Origin: Trichoplax adhaerens
Taxonomy: Eukaryota; Animalia; Placozoa
Direction of reading: 5' to 3'
DNA: 64,000 nt
NCBI RefSeq assembly: GCF_000150275.1
Contig: NW_002060960.1
Coordinates: forward strand, 1,006,469-1,070,468
This document shows positions 1 through 12,728 of this stretch, in pieces; within the stretch, counting starts at the first letter, position 1, and each line of letters starts with the position of its first letter. The translations under genes were made by a program, and so were the position numbers. The notes under the pieces were generated by a model. It was not told where the DNA came from. It searched no databases and worked only from the letters and a program-made list of their open reading frames with translations.

Positions 1-239
1 CTAATGGACATAATCGGCACGAGAAAGCGTCACCAACCTGCGTGTACATTTAGCGGTAAATAACTTAAGGAAACCTGTTACTGTCTCAGTTCGAGTAGAT
101 TTATAAGTAGTTTTAACAAGAGGATAGCGTAAATTGATCCGTTTAATGCTATTGATATAAGATGATGATTATAACAAGATATTGAAGTGCATAACTAAGT
201 TGCCGTCCAGGTAATTTTTAGATTTTTATTTTTGTCTAG

Positions 240-1531
240 ATATCTGCTGGAAAGGTATTACAAACTATCATGCGAGGAACTTTGATATCATTCATCAGTT
301 ATTCGCCATATTTGTTGGTCAAAAGTTGAATTGTACGAACAAAATGAACGTGCTTGCCCAAAAATTAGGAGGAATAGAAAATGTAAAAGCTGCGTTATGC
401 AGCCGAATTTATCGTCAAATGTATACTAACCTCAATAATGCACTTAACAAGATGCAATCTTGGGAACTATTCTTAGCACAAATTTACATATGTGGCGGTC
501 CTGCTGGCTTTCAAAAGTTTGTTGATGCTCAGTTTCTATCAGCCATTCTACATTGGCAAAGCAATACAGGATGTCTTAAGTCAAGTCATAGCATTTTTAG
601 CAGTTTAGGTTCTGAATTACTTCCACAGTAAGTAGTATTGCTCAATTAGTTAAGAAATTAAATTCATATTGCATGTGACACAGAAAATAATCAGAAATAT
701 CGGTCAGATTATGTAGCTGCTTCTCAATTTAGTTATATTATTTAACTTTTAAATTCGTTCATTAATTGGTAGAAATACACTCGTTACATCATCAGACCAT
801 CCTATAGGTGGGATAGATAAAGGTAAGCTTAACGTTTTAGCCTATTTGTATTGGAGAAAATGGTAGTTATACGTATATTTTACGATTCGATAGTTTTCTT
901 TAGCTAGACTGCTCCAATATCTTAACACAATCCAATCAATTTTTTGCATTTGGATCAAATTATATATATATAGATATATCTTGTAGTTGATACCGTAATG
1001 GAAATCGTTAGTAAGTACTAAAATAGATTTAAGTAACGACAATCGTGCAATATCATCATGCAATCTTAGCAGCATAATATCTGATGAATAAAACTGTATC
1101 TTGATTTCTTACCATAACTGTTCCTCACTTCGAAGTTTCTTTGCATTAGCAGCTTCGTAATTTATAATTCGTAACAGTAATAGTCATTTTCTGAGACTGT
1201 AGTAGTTTTAAATCATTTACTGTTTTATTGCTTTTAAGCCTGTTATAGTCGTCGTTCTGCTGCAGCTACAAGTGTTCTATCAATGTACTTACATTGGTTC
1301 TCCAGTAAAAAAGAAATCTTTATTTTACCAACTCCAACGAATTCTACAGCAGCTAATAGAATGGAATCAAATGAATTTCTTACTATTATTGGACTTATCG
1401 CTATTGGCGCAGCTCTTATTGCTGCCTTTTTATCAATTTCTGTAGTGTATTGTATTTGTCCTCTTGGCCGCAAAGGTCATGAATATCAGAAATTACAATC
1501 GAAAGAGCCGAGCAAGAATGCTGACGAATAA
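240..1531 (+). CDS. 3' exons of a UPF0764/C16orf89-like protein with a C-terminal TM helix (5' end outside window)
   Basis: Exon 240-627 (acceptor tttgtctag, donor gtaagt) encodes DIIHQLF...ELFLAQIYICGGPAGFQKFVDAQFLSAILHWQSNTGCL, resembling the recalled C16orf89 motif DIFMENIMFCGMGGF...LEAILSWQ...GCF. Last exon ~1239/1249-1531 has SAAATSVL, a hydrophobic IIGLIAIGAALIAAFLSISVVYCIC and a short tail. The exact junction is ambiguous. Confidence 0.65.
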
Positions 1532-3204
1532 TAATGAGGCCTATTTTAATTCCCGTGTTGTTCGGATACTAATTTAGGCCAGCATATTTCAGCCAGCGTA
1601 AACCAATCTTTTGACGATTTTAAAGCCACTATAGTCTAAGTCATTGGCAATATCGCTGTGCCATATAATTTCGAGTCATTAGAAATCATACTGATTATAG
1701 CGTCGATACTTTTATAAACTCATAAATTATTAACTTACGAAGATACATGTTGAAAATTGTTATTATGATGTAATATATGTACATTTACAAACTACAGTAA
1801 ATTTTCTCTTCATACTTTGGTAAAACAAAATAAAACCTCAGCTTAAGCGATAAGATCAATTTCCTTTCTGAACGTATAGATAACCTAAGATGAAGCAAAT
1901 CTATTCAATAAAAGTTGCAGACATTTTCGTAACCATATGCATGGAATGTATCGCGTTTGGCATTTGATAATTAAAATTCAAGAACATCAATAGGCTGTTA
2001 TCTTCTAGATAATTAGCTATATAAGTCAACATTGTTCAGACATAATGTTAGTGAAAGAAGTCTTTTCTATCACTTTCGAAGGCTTCTGATACTCTTTAAC
2101 TAATATTCTTAATTATCTGATTAGATTCACAGGACGCAGTGACTACATTCGATATGGATATGAAAGTTTGATATCATCTACAATGACCAATTTTAGAAGC
2201 AGTTAGTTGCTATTGGCTAAATTAACTATGTAATATGGAACAAATATTGGCAATTTTTTATATCAATTTCTAATAAATGACAGATTAAGCCGATCGATAA
2301 ATTACCGTACTTACTGACACCTAGTAAAGTGAAATTCAACGTTCCGCGGTCAATATCTGAAAAATATAGGCTTTAAACTTCAAAATCGTACCGCATATTC
2401 CAACACCTTAAAAATCACTCAAACTTTAAGAGAAAACTAGGTTATACTAAGTATTCATCAAATTCACCTTAAAAAGTAACTGCCATTGACACTGTTAATG
2501 AATCAAGTCGTATTTTGCGAAATTAGGCTAGTTATATATATATACAATTGATAGCGAAGGTGTCCTCTGATTTTAAGTTATATTTTTTCTTCAGCAAATT
2601 AATCATTCCTAGCCATCTTTCTGTGTACCTAGCTAAATAAAGTAAGTCTAGTCTCACCTCAAATGTAACAAAAATCTTAATTAGCTGTTGTCTATATAAA
2701 ATTAAATGAATTTAACCATGAAGAAGCTGAAAATCCGCTGCTTTGCCCTTATGTTTTTACCAATTACCACAAATAGACTATAATAATCTATATAAGCACC
2801 ATTGAGTTATCACATCACAGTCGTGATGATATATTGGAATGACTCAAAATTCTTTCGTTTATGAATGTTGAGCTCCGTTTGTAGCTATTTGATGCTCAAA
2901 GTATGAAAATAGCATCAAATAATTATTTATGGTATATATACCAGCTTAGATGTAAATTTATTTAACATCAAAGAAATAGACTTGTTGATTATTCAATTAT
3001 TAAAATATACGACGTTAACCACATTTAAAAGAACTCTATTCCCTTGTAACGATCAAAGGTATCCTTTTTATCTAGAATATACCTGAAAAAATTTAGGAAT
3101 CTATTATACGTAATACTTGTTTATAGTTTATTTTCATTCATATGATTGTATTTGCGTTTAAATTTCTTTTAATAGTACCCAAAAAATTGCTAACTGGCTG
3201 TTAC

Positions 3205-3486
3205 GGAGCTAGATTCTCCTTGCGTATAACTAGTAGCAATTTGTGATTGTACCTATCGTTTGACTCGATTACTATAGTATAGAAATAAGTTAGTTTTCCC
3301 TTACTGAGGATCTCCGGAGTTAGTCGGAGAACCATAAGTGTAGATAGAGTAGTTTAGGTACGATCACGAAAGCTGTTTTGTGACACTGGCTCGTAAGGCT
3401 TTGCTAACATCCATTGATCTATAAATTCGGACCATCCGCATACTAACTTTGACTGGAGCCACGCAAGTTAAGGGAGATCTGGTTCT
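3205..3486 (+). ncRNA. candidate structured RNA (~280 nt) or decayed MITE
   Basis: 3205-3221 pairs with 3470-3486 (16/17 with G-U). 3241-3255 pairs with 3355-3369 (15/15 with G-U). Hairpin 3311-3330. T-run at 3495-3500. Confidence 0.3.
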
Positions 3487-3941
3487 ATTTATTATTTTTT
3501 CTTCCTAGTTGAAGAATTTTACGTTCTGCATTTAATGTCGCGAAATTTATGAAATTTCGTGCGTAGAGGATGTTGGTAAATGATTGCAATAATAAATTTT
3601 TTAAAACAATCGCCGATCATTTTGAACTAATTATACGATAGAATCCTTACTAATGGTCAGATTCGTTCCAATATGATCTCAATGAAAATAAACAATAATG
3701 TTTTGCGGTTAGGAATAAGTCTGAACACGGACCAAGAATTGGACCCACAATTTGGCTATATTATCGTAGCCTACTGTATCAAAATCTTCTCTAGGTAGCA
3801 TGAAATATTATAGCACAAGAGCTATATATTCGATATCATGTCATTGCTACCTCTTATTCCAAAGGGTGTGTCTAAATCTTAATTTTTATTTAAACCTGCT
3901 CATTCTCTGTCTGGTAATATAGATTCGGTAAAGTTATCAAG

Positions 3942-6900
3942 ATGATGGCACTGACAAGAAATCTCCTTATTATCACTTTACTGTTATTCTATCAGCTTAC
4001 ATGGAGCCATATTCGGGGAGAAAGTGCGGGCAAACAAGAGCTAGTTGGCCCTTGTCCAAGATATTGTTCATGTCGAAATACGGATGTTGTTTGCACTGAG
4101 GTTGACGAAGTCATCTCTGTCATACCAGAAGGCACAAAACGCCTGTAAGTGATCATTAAATATAGTTATACTACATAAAGCATTGACAATTTTGCTTAGA
4201 TTTTTGAGCTATTAGACAGTTAGTATCCTATGTTGACTATCATGATGTGCTTCATTTAATAAAAACTAGCATGACTTTTCCGACCTGAAGCCATTTCTGA
4301 AACAATCTTAATTACATATAGTTAGTAATAATGCATAAAATTTATGTTAGTATACTTTCTTTGATCTGTGATCGTATCTTTTGAGTTCAAGAAAATGTCG
4401 TTAAAATTCGAAAATTAGAGTAAAATTGCCTAATTTAACCCTACATCATAAAATTAAATCAGTCACTCAAATATTTTATCTGGCACTAGTATCGATTTAA
4501 GAAATCATTAATTTTTGTTCATGTTTTGATGAATTACGAGATGAATATTAGCACTCAGTCCGTTAAGAATCTACAGGACTATGATTATGTTTTCTGCTAT
4601 ACGTTCGTGATTAGTCTACTGAAGGCCTACTTAAGATTATTACAGCTATCGCAATATGTTTAAAATTTTTTCTTTGCTCTCGGCAGTGCAATTCAAATCA
4701 TCGATCTTCTAATTTCACATCTTGTAACAAAAGTTCATTTTAAAAAATATCATATAGAATTAGTAATTGAACTGACCAATGTACTTTTTGAAACTATTAA
4801 CAGAGTTTTTTTTCAAGAACTCTCTTGTGAAGATACTCGAATTGTTAATTTAGTCAACCTAGCCAGGAAAATGCAAATTGAAATTATTGGTCGATGTCAT
4901 CGGGTCGATACATTGCAAATTGTTCCTGTACAGTATTTTATTGATTCACAATCCGAAAAAGTCTTAAGGAATCAAGGTAGTTTTAATCAACTGGATTAAA
5001 TGTACGGTATAGAATAGCTATAAACCATTTAATTGAATAAGTTTTAGTCGATTCTTTGCGTATAATAGAGCCATTTTCTACTCTAACGACTATAATGAAG
5101 TAGATGATAAGCTCTTAATTTAAATATGTGTTAAAAACTTTATCAATCTTTCAGCATTAGGTAGGAATCGGCGAGAAATCTTGGTTCAATCACGGTACCA
5201 GATCTCACTAGTGAATGGTCAGTCTAGCAGAGAAGGTATAGTTCTTATTAAAGATATTAAACTGGATCAAGAAGGGACAATTTGTGCTGATCAGTGGACA
5301 AATGATGATGCAGACGTTATTTGTCGTCAACTTGGCTATATTAGTGCAAATTTCAGTTCAGGTATGTCAATAACCATAAGATTGATTGCATAATCCTTTA
5401 TGAATTTTAACAAGTTTATATGCGGAAAATAGAAGTTCTATTTTTACTTCTTGCCTATTTGGATGTTATAATTATTTCAAGATTTGGCGCATGTATCCTC
5501 AGGCAATAATTACAAAGCTCTAATCACAAACCTTGGATGCTCGGTCTTTCAGAGTGTTATTGATCACTGCAATATATCTACCGTGAAACCTGCTCAACCA
5601 TGTTGGAAATCTTCAGGAGCTGCTAGAGTTAGATGCAGAGCTGATAATCCTAATAAACAATGTAATTATTTTGCCTAGTAATCGATAATATTGTCCTTTT
5701 ACTTTTAATTCGACAAGGTGATTTCTTCGCTTTGTTCTTTGTATTGAGAATGCCATTTTCAACTCCGTTTAGTAATTGGAAATTCCCCAATTAATTGCCA
5801 GTTTAATGAAGGATTTTGTGGTTGGACTCGTAATGGCAATTGGTATTGGTTATGGCGCGGCTACACAGTATCAGAAGATGGTAAACCACTTTGTAAGTCA
5901 AATTATTGAGAGCATTTACAAGAAGAGAGATTCGATATTTTATAATATTTAAAAGTTCTCGACAATATTCAAACGTGACTGTTCGCTTAGTTTGAATATT
6001 CAACATTTTATAGATGATCCTTTTATTTTTATCTACAAAAATATGGACGAGAACCCTGCATTACATGGGACTTTTGTAAGTCCTGTATTAAAACAAGCAC
6101 ACGCAGGAAAGCCAGTTTATGTAAGTTGAAATGATTACCTAATTTTAAATTTAGTTTATTTTAGAATCTAATTCAATCATTAAATTCAACATTGCAGTAA
6201 AATTGAGGGTAAAATCTATAACATTTATTCGATAAAGGTTTAAATATTACTTAAATTGCAATTTATCGTAATCTTGTTTAGATCACTTTCCGAGCGTTAA
6301 AATATGGCATAGCAATTGGTCAGATTGAATTTCGGTTTCGGCGCGTACAGGAAGGCAGTTCAACAGAGCTTTTAACGCCTATCTCTAGATCTAACAGTAC
6401 TTGGCAAAATTTTGAAACAGAGAAATTCGAAACGGATACATACTTCAAAGTAAGATATAGGCAGCAGCCATGCCAGCAACATTATAGCTATGTGTATATC
6501 AATCTTTAAATCAAGCTAAATCGATATATTTGGCAAATACAACGTATGCAGGTGCTTAATCGAAATGGACTTAATAGGCAACATGATAGCTAATTCCTTT
6601 AATCGATACTGACAAATAGTAATTGCTTTCAAATCATCGAATCGTAACTTTCTGTAGTTGCCATATTTCGAGACTTTGCATTCTGTAGTCAACTTATCAA
6701 AATTCTTCGTTCTAACATATTGGCTTTAATTCGATATAGCGAGCAAAATAAATTCTCACAAATATACAGAAAGCTGTAGTATACATTTTATTTAGCTCCT
6801 TTAATGATATTCTTTGAAAGATTTAAAGTTATAAGGAAGTCACACTATGCTGATAATATATGGAAAATAATATTCCTTAAACGATATTTAATCACTAACT

Positions 6901-8062
6901 ATGCCAAGAAATTTTATTATGTCTACTTGAATATTGATAATTAAATCAAGCTAGATTGCTATCACAGAAAAATACAGCTTATCTAAGAGCGTATACAATA
7001 ATTACCTAATAGGCATTGTCATGATTAAATCCTTAGTATGCACTCGTATATCTTCAATCGCTTTTAAAATCAACTAATTATAAGTTACTGCTGTTGTCAT
7101 CCTTCGAGACTTCGTATTCTGGAATTGACCGATCAGAATTCTTATTCTAATACATTTGCATTAATTTAATATAGTGAGCGGAATAAATTCTCACAAAAGT
7201 AAAGAAAGCTGTATTATACGTTTAATTAAGCTCTCTTAAATAATATTCTTGTAAGAATTTGAATCTATCATGGTGTGTAATTTTACTGATATTTTATGAG
7301 AAATAATGCACTTTTAACAATATTTAATGTCATTCAAAATTATAGATTGAAATTTATTCTGTTGCAAGTATATCTAAATCCGACTTTGGGCTAGTCGCTC
7401 TAGATAATTTAGTAGTACATGGAGCTAATATAGTACCAGGTAAATAATTTGGCTGGTCTGCTGTAACAGCTTATTAAAACTACAGACCGTACCTATCTAA
7501 AGTTTTTTATAATTATATTTACGACTGATACTTATCGAGATAAATTGTGAAGCACCAAATATAGTTCTAAGGACAGTAAAATTGGATAATTTATATCTAA
7601 CATTTTTGTTATAAGTAGACTTGTTCATCTTCAATACAAGGTGAATAATTTTCCTTTCTTGTATTTTATTCATCTTATTCAGACAGTACATCCACTTCTA
7701 CCTTGACCATAGTATTGGCTACTGCTGCTTCTTGCATTATTTGTGTGATTATATTGTACTTTGGCTATCGCCTATATCGAAAAAAGACAGCAAAACCGCC
7801 AATTCCTTTCTTTACAATTACCAGATTAAGTAGACGAAAGCGAAGCACAAAAACTTTTCCCACGCAATGCAGTCAATCAACTACAACAGATACAACTCGT
7901 AAAGAAGGTTAAATAATGTAATTATTGTCAGATTAAATTACTTGTATCATAAATAGTAGAATTAAAATGAAATACTCAGAGAGTGACAGATTTTCTAAAT
8001 CGCTTGTTTAAGGATCTACCGTTGTGCCACCAAGTTATGATACAGCTTTGGGATCAAGTTAA
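3942..8062 (+). CDS. Receptor A: signal peptide-LRRNT-LRRCT-like-furin site-SRCR-MAM-TM-PPxY
   Basis: Ten phase-compatible exons: 3942-4144, 4804-4976, 5155-5361, 5482-5661, 5773-5880, 6014-6120, 6282-6449, 7346-7439, 7683-7907, 8013-8062. LRRNT CPRYCSC; RNRR; SRCR GTICADQWTNDDADVICRQLG; MAM CQFNEGFCGW...ALDNL; TM; tail PPSY. Confidence 0.85.
6620..7335 (+). repeat. diverged ~270-bp direct duplication in intron 7 of receptor A
   Basis: ~6620-6895 and ~7055-7335 share ordered blocks ttcgagactt, aataaattctcacaa, agaaagctgta, atatttaat. Confidence 0.7.
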
Positions 8063-9176
8063 AAGAAATTAATGATGAAGTCAGAGGAAGAATGAGAAAC
8101 TATAATCGTTTAGATGCTTTTCCTGTGCAATATATTACATTTATATAATGAAATAGTCAATGGAAATATAGCATAAATTAGACATTGATATTTTCAAGTT
8201 GTAATTGTTAAATATCGTACTTTATGTGTAACCCTACAAAATGATATCTTACGTTTACAGTAAATAAAGACTACGTAATATCAAGGCAACATGCAATATA
8301 GTATGTATAATTACCAGAGATATCATGAATAAATACAACTACAATATCTTCTTGCCGTATTTTTTTAGACTACAAACTTAGCTATGTCGAACAGTTATAG
8401 AAGCTCATCAATGAATAGTTCTAAGCTATTACCATTGATTTAGACTACTATTTTAATGTTGGTTAAAAGGGCCTATTTCCATTACTTTTTTAGGATAATG
8501 ATGAAATCCACCTAGGGTAAATGCAAATCACAAATATTTTATTTAGTTTTCGTTACCAAGACACTATTTCTTACCATCTATTTTAATTATTACGGTGGGC
8601 ACAGAGATATTGTCCATAATCGAATAATCAAATATGCTAATGTGTAGGATGGTCGAGGCTAAGAAAAGCAAGTAAAAATAATGTTCCTATCAAAATGTGC
8701 CATCGAAATCGATACTTAAGGGTATGAATAAGGTATTTCGTGAAAATCAGAACCATTATATATACGATCGTAATTAGTCTAGTATCAATCCGTAAAGTAC
8801 TTTGTCGTCAGTAGTTGTAATTTAACTGCGAATAATTTTATAGAGGGAAATCTTAACCCTCGAAGATAGAGGTAACATGTGCTGTCGCGATGAGTAACAG
8901 AAATTAAGCAAACGATATGAACGTTCTGTCGAAGTAAGATTTTACTGGTTTCTAATCGTACAAAACTACTGAACAGGCTCACAGGAAAAGCAAATGATGA
9001 TTTCTAGCTGCTCGCATTCTCAGTGCAAGGGTTTTAGATTTGCTATTGGATCAGATAGTACTATTAAGCACCACTACTTTTGCAGTGATGCAACGCATAT
9101 TTGATGATAAGGATTAAAGACGCTTTTATTACAATCTTATGGACTACAGATCCATTGCAATCACGGATTTCTAAGC

Positions 9177-9619
9177 ATGAATAACATACTGTTTCTATCA
9201 TCTCGAATTTTATTTACTTTGCTTAATTACTAACTGGCGGGTTCAGGTTAGCCAATCTATCAGTCCATTGCAATATAATATTTGATTACTCTAAAAAAGT
9301 TGTAATTACGCTAGCAAACTAAATTTAAGTTGGTTGCAACAAATAATATTAGCAGTTAGAGGTGTAAGCCGTAAGTTTCCTTATTCAGTTTCACTGCAGA
9401 TCATCGTTACTTAATTCTGAACTGAATATTATGTCCTTATTATTCAATTTGTGTAGTTTGTCAGTATTTCTAATAATTTGTTTTACTTAAGCTAGTTCCG
9501 CAAATGTGGTTTCAACGTTTGCCTGTCCAAAATCTAGTTCAAGCAATAATAACGAAATTCAAAATGCAAATGTCTTGCGCACTTAATAGGTTTCCTGTGC
9601 CGGCAGATACTAAACGCAG
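9177..9619 (+). pseudogene. decayed third paralog of receptors A/B (signal peptide and LRRNT remnants)
   Basis: 9177-~9247 reads MNNILFLSSRILFTLLNY*LAGS. Exon 9492-9619 reads FACPKSSSSNNNEIQ...(frameshift)NRFPVPADTKR and ends at a phase-2 gtaag donor, like IPEGTKR and IPANTKS in A and B. Confidence 0.55.
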
Positions 9620-12600
9620 GTAAGAGAATATTGCTATTACTGTCGTGATCATTAGGAAACCTTGCAATGAAATAATAACTAAATCTTTGCATTTATAAAT
9701 ATTCCTTTACTGAGTTAAATGTATCGTTTTATTAAAAAAAAATAAATGATACTCGAGATTTTAAAATTATAGTATGCTAATGGTAATTATGTAATTTTGA
9801 GTCGCTCTTAAGTCCCTCAAGATTGACTTTATTTCTAGCCATTATCCTAAGTTAGTAACTATTGTGGGACTCTTGGATTATTCTTATGAAACGTAACGGC
9901 TTGCAACTATTAAGTGCCATAAATCAAGATGAATAAAGGTCCATCTTTGCGTTATAATAAGCAAAAATCATCGAAACACTCCTTCAACAAATACAATCTA
10001 GATAGGCAGCACAACATAATGTTAAGTTAAAGAATGTTCTGATAGTAAATAAATTAGCAGCGATGTATAACAAATATTCGCAACTATCTAAGTGGAAATG
10101 AATCAAAATATGCACAGACCAAAATTGAAATAGAATAAGTGTAATAAATACCATTATTTAGAATTTATTAAGTTTATTTCAGAATATATGACAATAAAGT
10201 TCTGCAATGATATCAGTCATCGCTCTGTGTATCAGACAAATGTTACTTTCTTTAGCTCGTTTATTTAATTATTTTAAGCTAGCGAACATTATCAAAAAGC
10301 CCAAAAGTGTGCTTTGAAGTACTCGATTGCAGAATTATATTGGAAACTATCGGTACCGGTATTGCTGTTTTACAGGAATTATTGCTATGTAGTTTAGCAA
10401 TTAAAATATTTTTGGGGAATCTGTGAGTAATGATCACTTGAACTAGCATAGCGATCATAATAATCTGATATAAAAAGGCCAGTAAAAGCACTTAAAGCAC
10501 TCAACGTTCAATTTTTGAATAGCAGAATGTAGTAGTTTCAGCTAATTGCAGTAGTAATTGAAGTATGGTGCAGCATTAAGAATTAGGGTAGCCTACTACG
10601 CTTATAAGGTAATTTTATGATCAATTATGATGAAAACGGTGTACTTACTTATACTATTCATACTATGTGTATATGGCTGTAGTAGACAGCTATAAAAAGT
10701 GATGTTTTAAAGTAATGTCTTTATATAACTGTTAGATAATATGGAATTGTGATCGTGGAGACGAAGTCGATCATCCGGTTTAACTTAGCTACTTTCGACT
10801 ATTATTATAAGGGAAGAAAAGCAGATTCTTCCCTTGTCAAGCTTTCTATTAATAAACGATACTTTTAAGGTTAAACACTGTCTTCACCTGATCTTGTATC
10901 ATGTTAGAATTTTGCTCAATTTTAATAACTCAGATTTTGAGTTAGACGATTGCGAACCTAAAGGGTTGTAAAACCCAAGCATTAAATAGAAATAAAACTT
11001 TGTACCAAATGAAGTTATATATAGTCACAATAGATGCGAAATTTATTGACGGACGCTAAACAATTATTAAGAGTCGAAAAATTACGCTCGCTTTGGTACT
11101 TAAATAATCCAGATTATTTTCAACCAATATTTTGACAAATTGCAAACACTATATCTAAAATCAAAACAAACATTTTCATTGAAGAATTAAATTTCAGAAT
11201 CATGGGCCTTTTGAAAGGTATTTCTGGATCATGAAAAAATATTCTGCCTGTAAATTAGATAGCTCTTAGCATTTCATTGGATAACGATAATTAATCGGAT
11301 AAGCAACAAATCTAGTTTACCCTTTGTGATAAAAGTCAATCACGAAAATTTCAAAATTGTAGAAAATTAGAACTTTGTTAGATCTAATACAAAGACTAAC
11401 TACACACAGCTCTGCTCTAGCCGAATACAACTATTGAAGGACTTCTAGAAAGAACGAACTGAATAGTCTAAAGTTGCCAGCTTATATTCATTTCGTAGCA
11501 GCCACAGCCACAGCTACAATCAGCATAGCAACATTCTACCTTAATTTACATATAATCAAATTATTATTAGTAACAAAATTTTACAACGGGCCATCATTAA
11601 TCCGATATGGAAACAATTACGGTATTTCCGCAGATATTATTCTTAGCAGTCAAAGTACAGTAAACTAAGTATATCCGAATATATGAATTATGGTTCTATT
11701 TTTATATCTAGCCTCAATAGTAACTCAACACCTTACCGTATATAGTTATCTGTACATTAGCATAGAATCTACCATTACAGTCCATAGTAGCGAGCTACCA
11801 AATACGTCTTAAGATAAATATAGAAAGCTACGCTTCCGGACATCTTACTAACGTAGCTAAAGGTCTACAATCACAATACTAAGTTTCGTTACACCCTTAT
11901 AATAAAGAAGACTCTAACTCAAATTAAAAATTTCAACTGTGATGGAAATACATCCATATTTATGAAAGCTTTCAATTACTGTCAGGTATTGTCAAGATAG
12001 CAAATGGATTGTACCATTCAGTGCCTGGTTGCAAGAAATGTCTATATTTATATAGTATCCCTTTTTTACTGAAGTTCAGGCAATTCGAACTTTGTTACCG
12101 CCATTTCATACATAAGCAAGTATATATTATTTGCATAATCATCAGCATATCTTGAACAACGTGGTAGAAAAGTTTTAAACATCTGTATAAGGTATTAATA
12201 TTAAAAAAGTTTAAAGTAACATTTGGCCTGTGGCGTAATTAACATCACAGGCTCTAAAAAAATTATAGCTATGAGTGCACCCGTTCTTTTGGTACAAGAT
12301 AATATTTATATGGTCACAAAGTAGCAGCATATGTTTTCTTTTTATGTTAATATTCCTAGTAATGGCAAAATAACAAAAGGTTAAATAAATTACTAAAAAC
12401 ATCATACATTAGCCTAAAAGATGAAATGATTTTAATTATTATTCTCTTTTACTTACTACCAGTAGTTATTGTATATTACATTATTAATAATTGAACTTGG
12501 CAGTATAACACATTTCTTTTAAAATATTAACGATTTTATTAATTTATAGTAATTAACAGATGGTCTGATGTAAAGTAATTCAGTCTTCGTAATTATATTT

Positions 12601-12728
12601 TTTAGCTGGAATGACAGTCCATTTTCAATTGACTAGTGCGAAATTTTTACCTCGAAATGACAAAATTAACATGATTTTTATCCTAAAACAACACTGAAAT
12701 TCATCCCCAACGTCTTTTCAAGCTAAAA

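Noticed and set aside
11990-12100. MDCTIQCLVA...KCL PAN-like fragment
   Set aside because: Too short and decayed to call.
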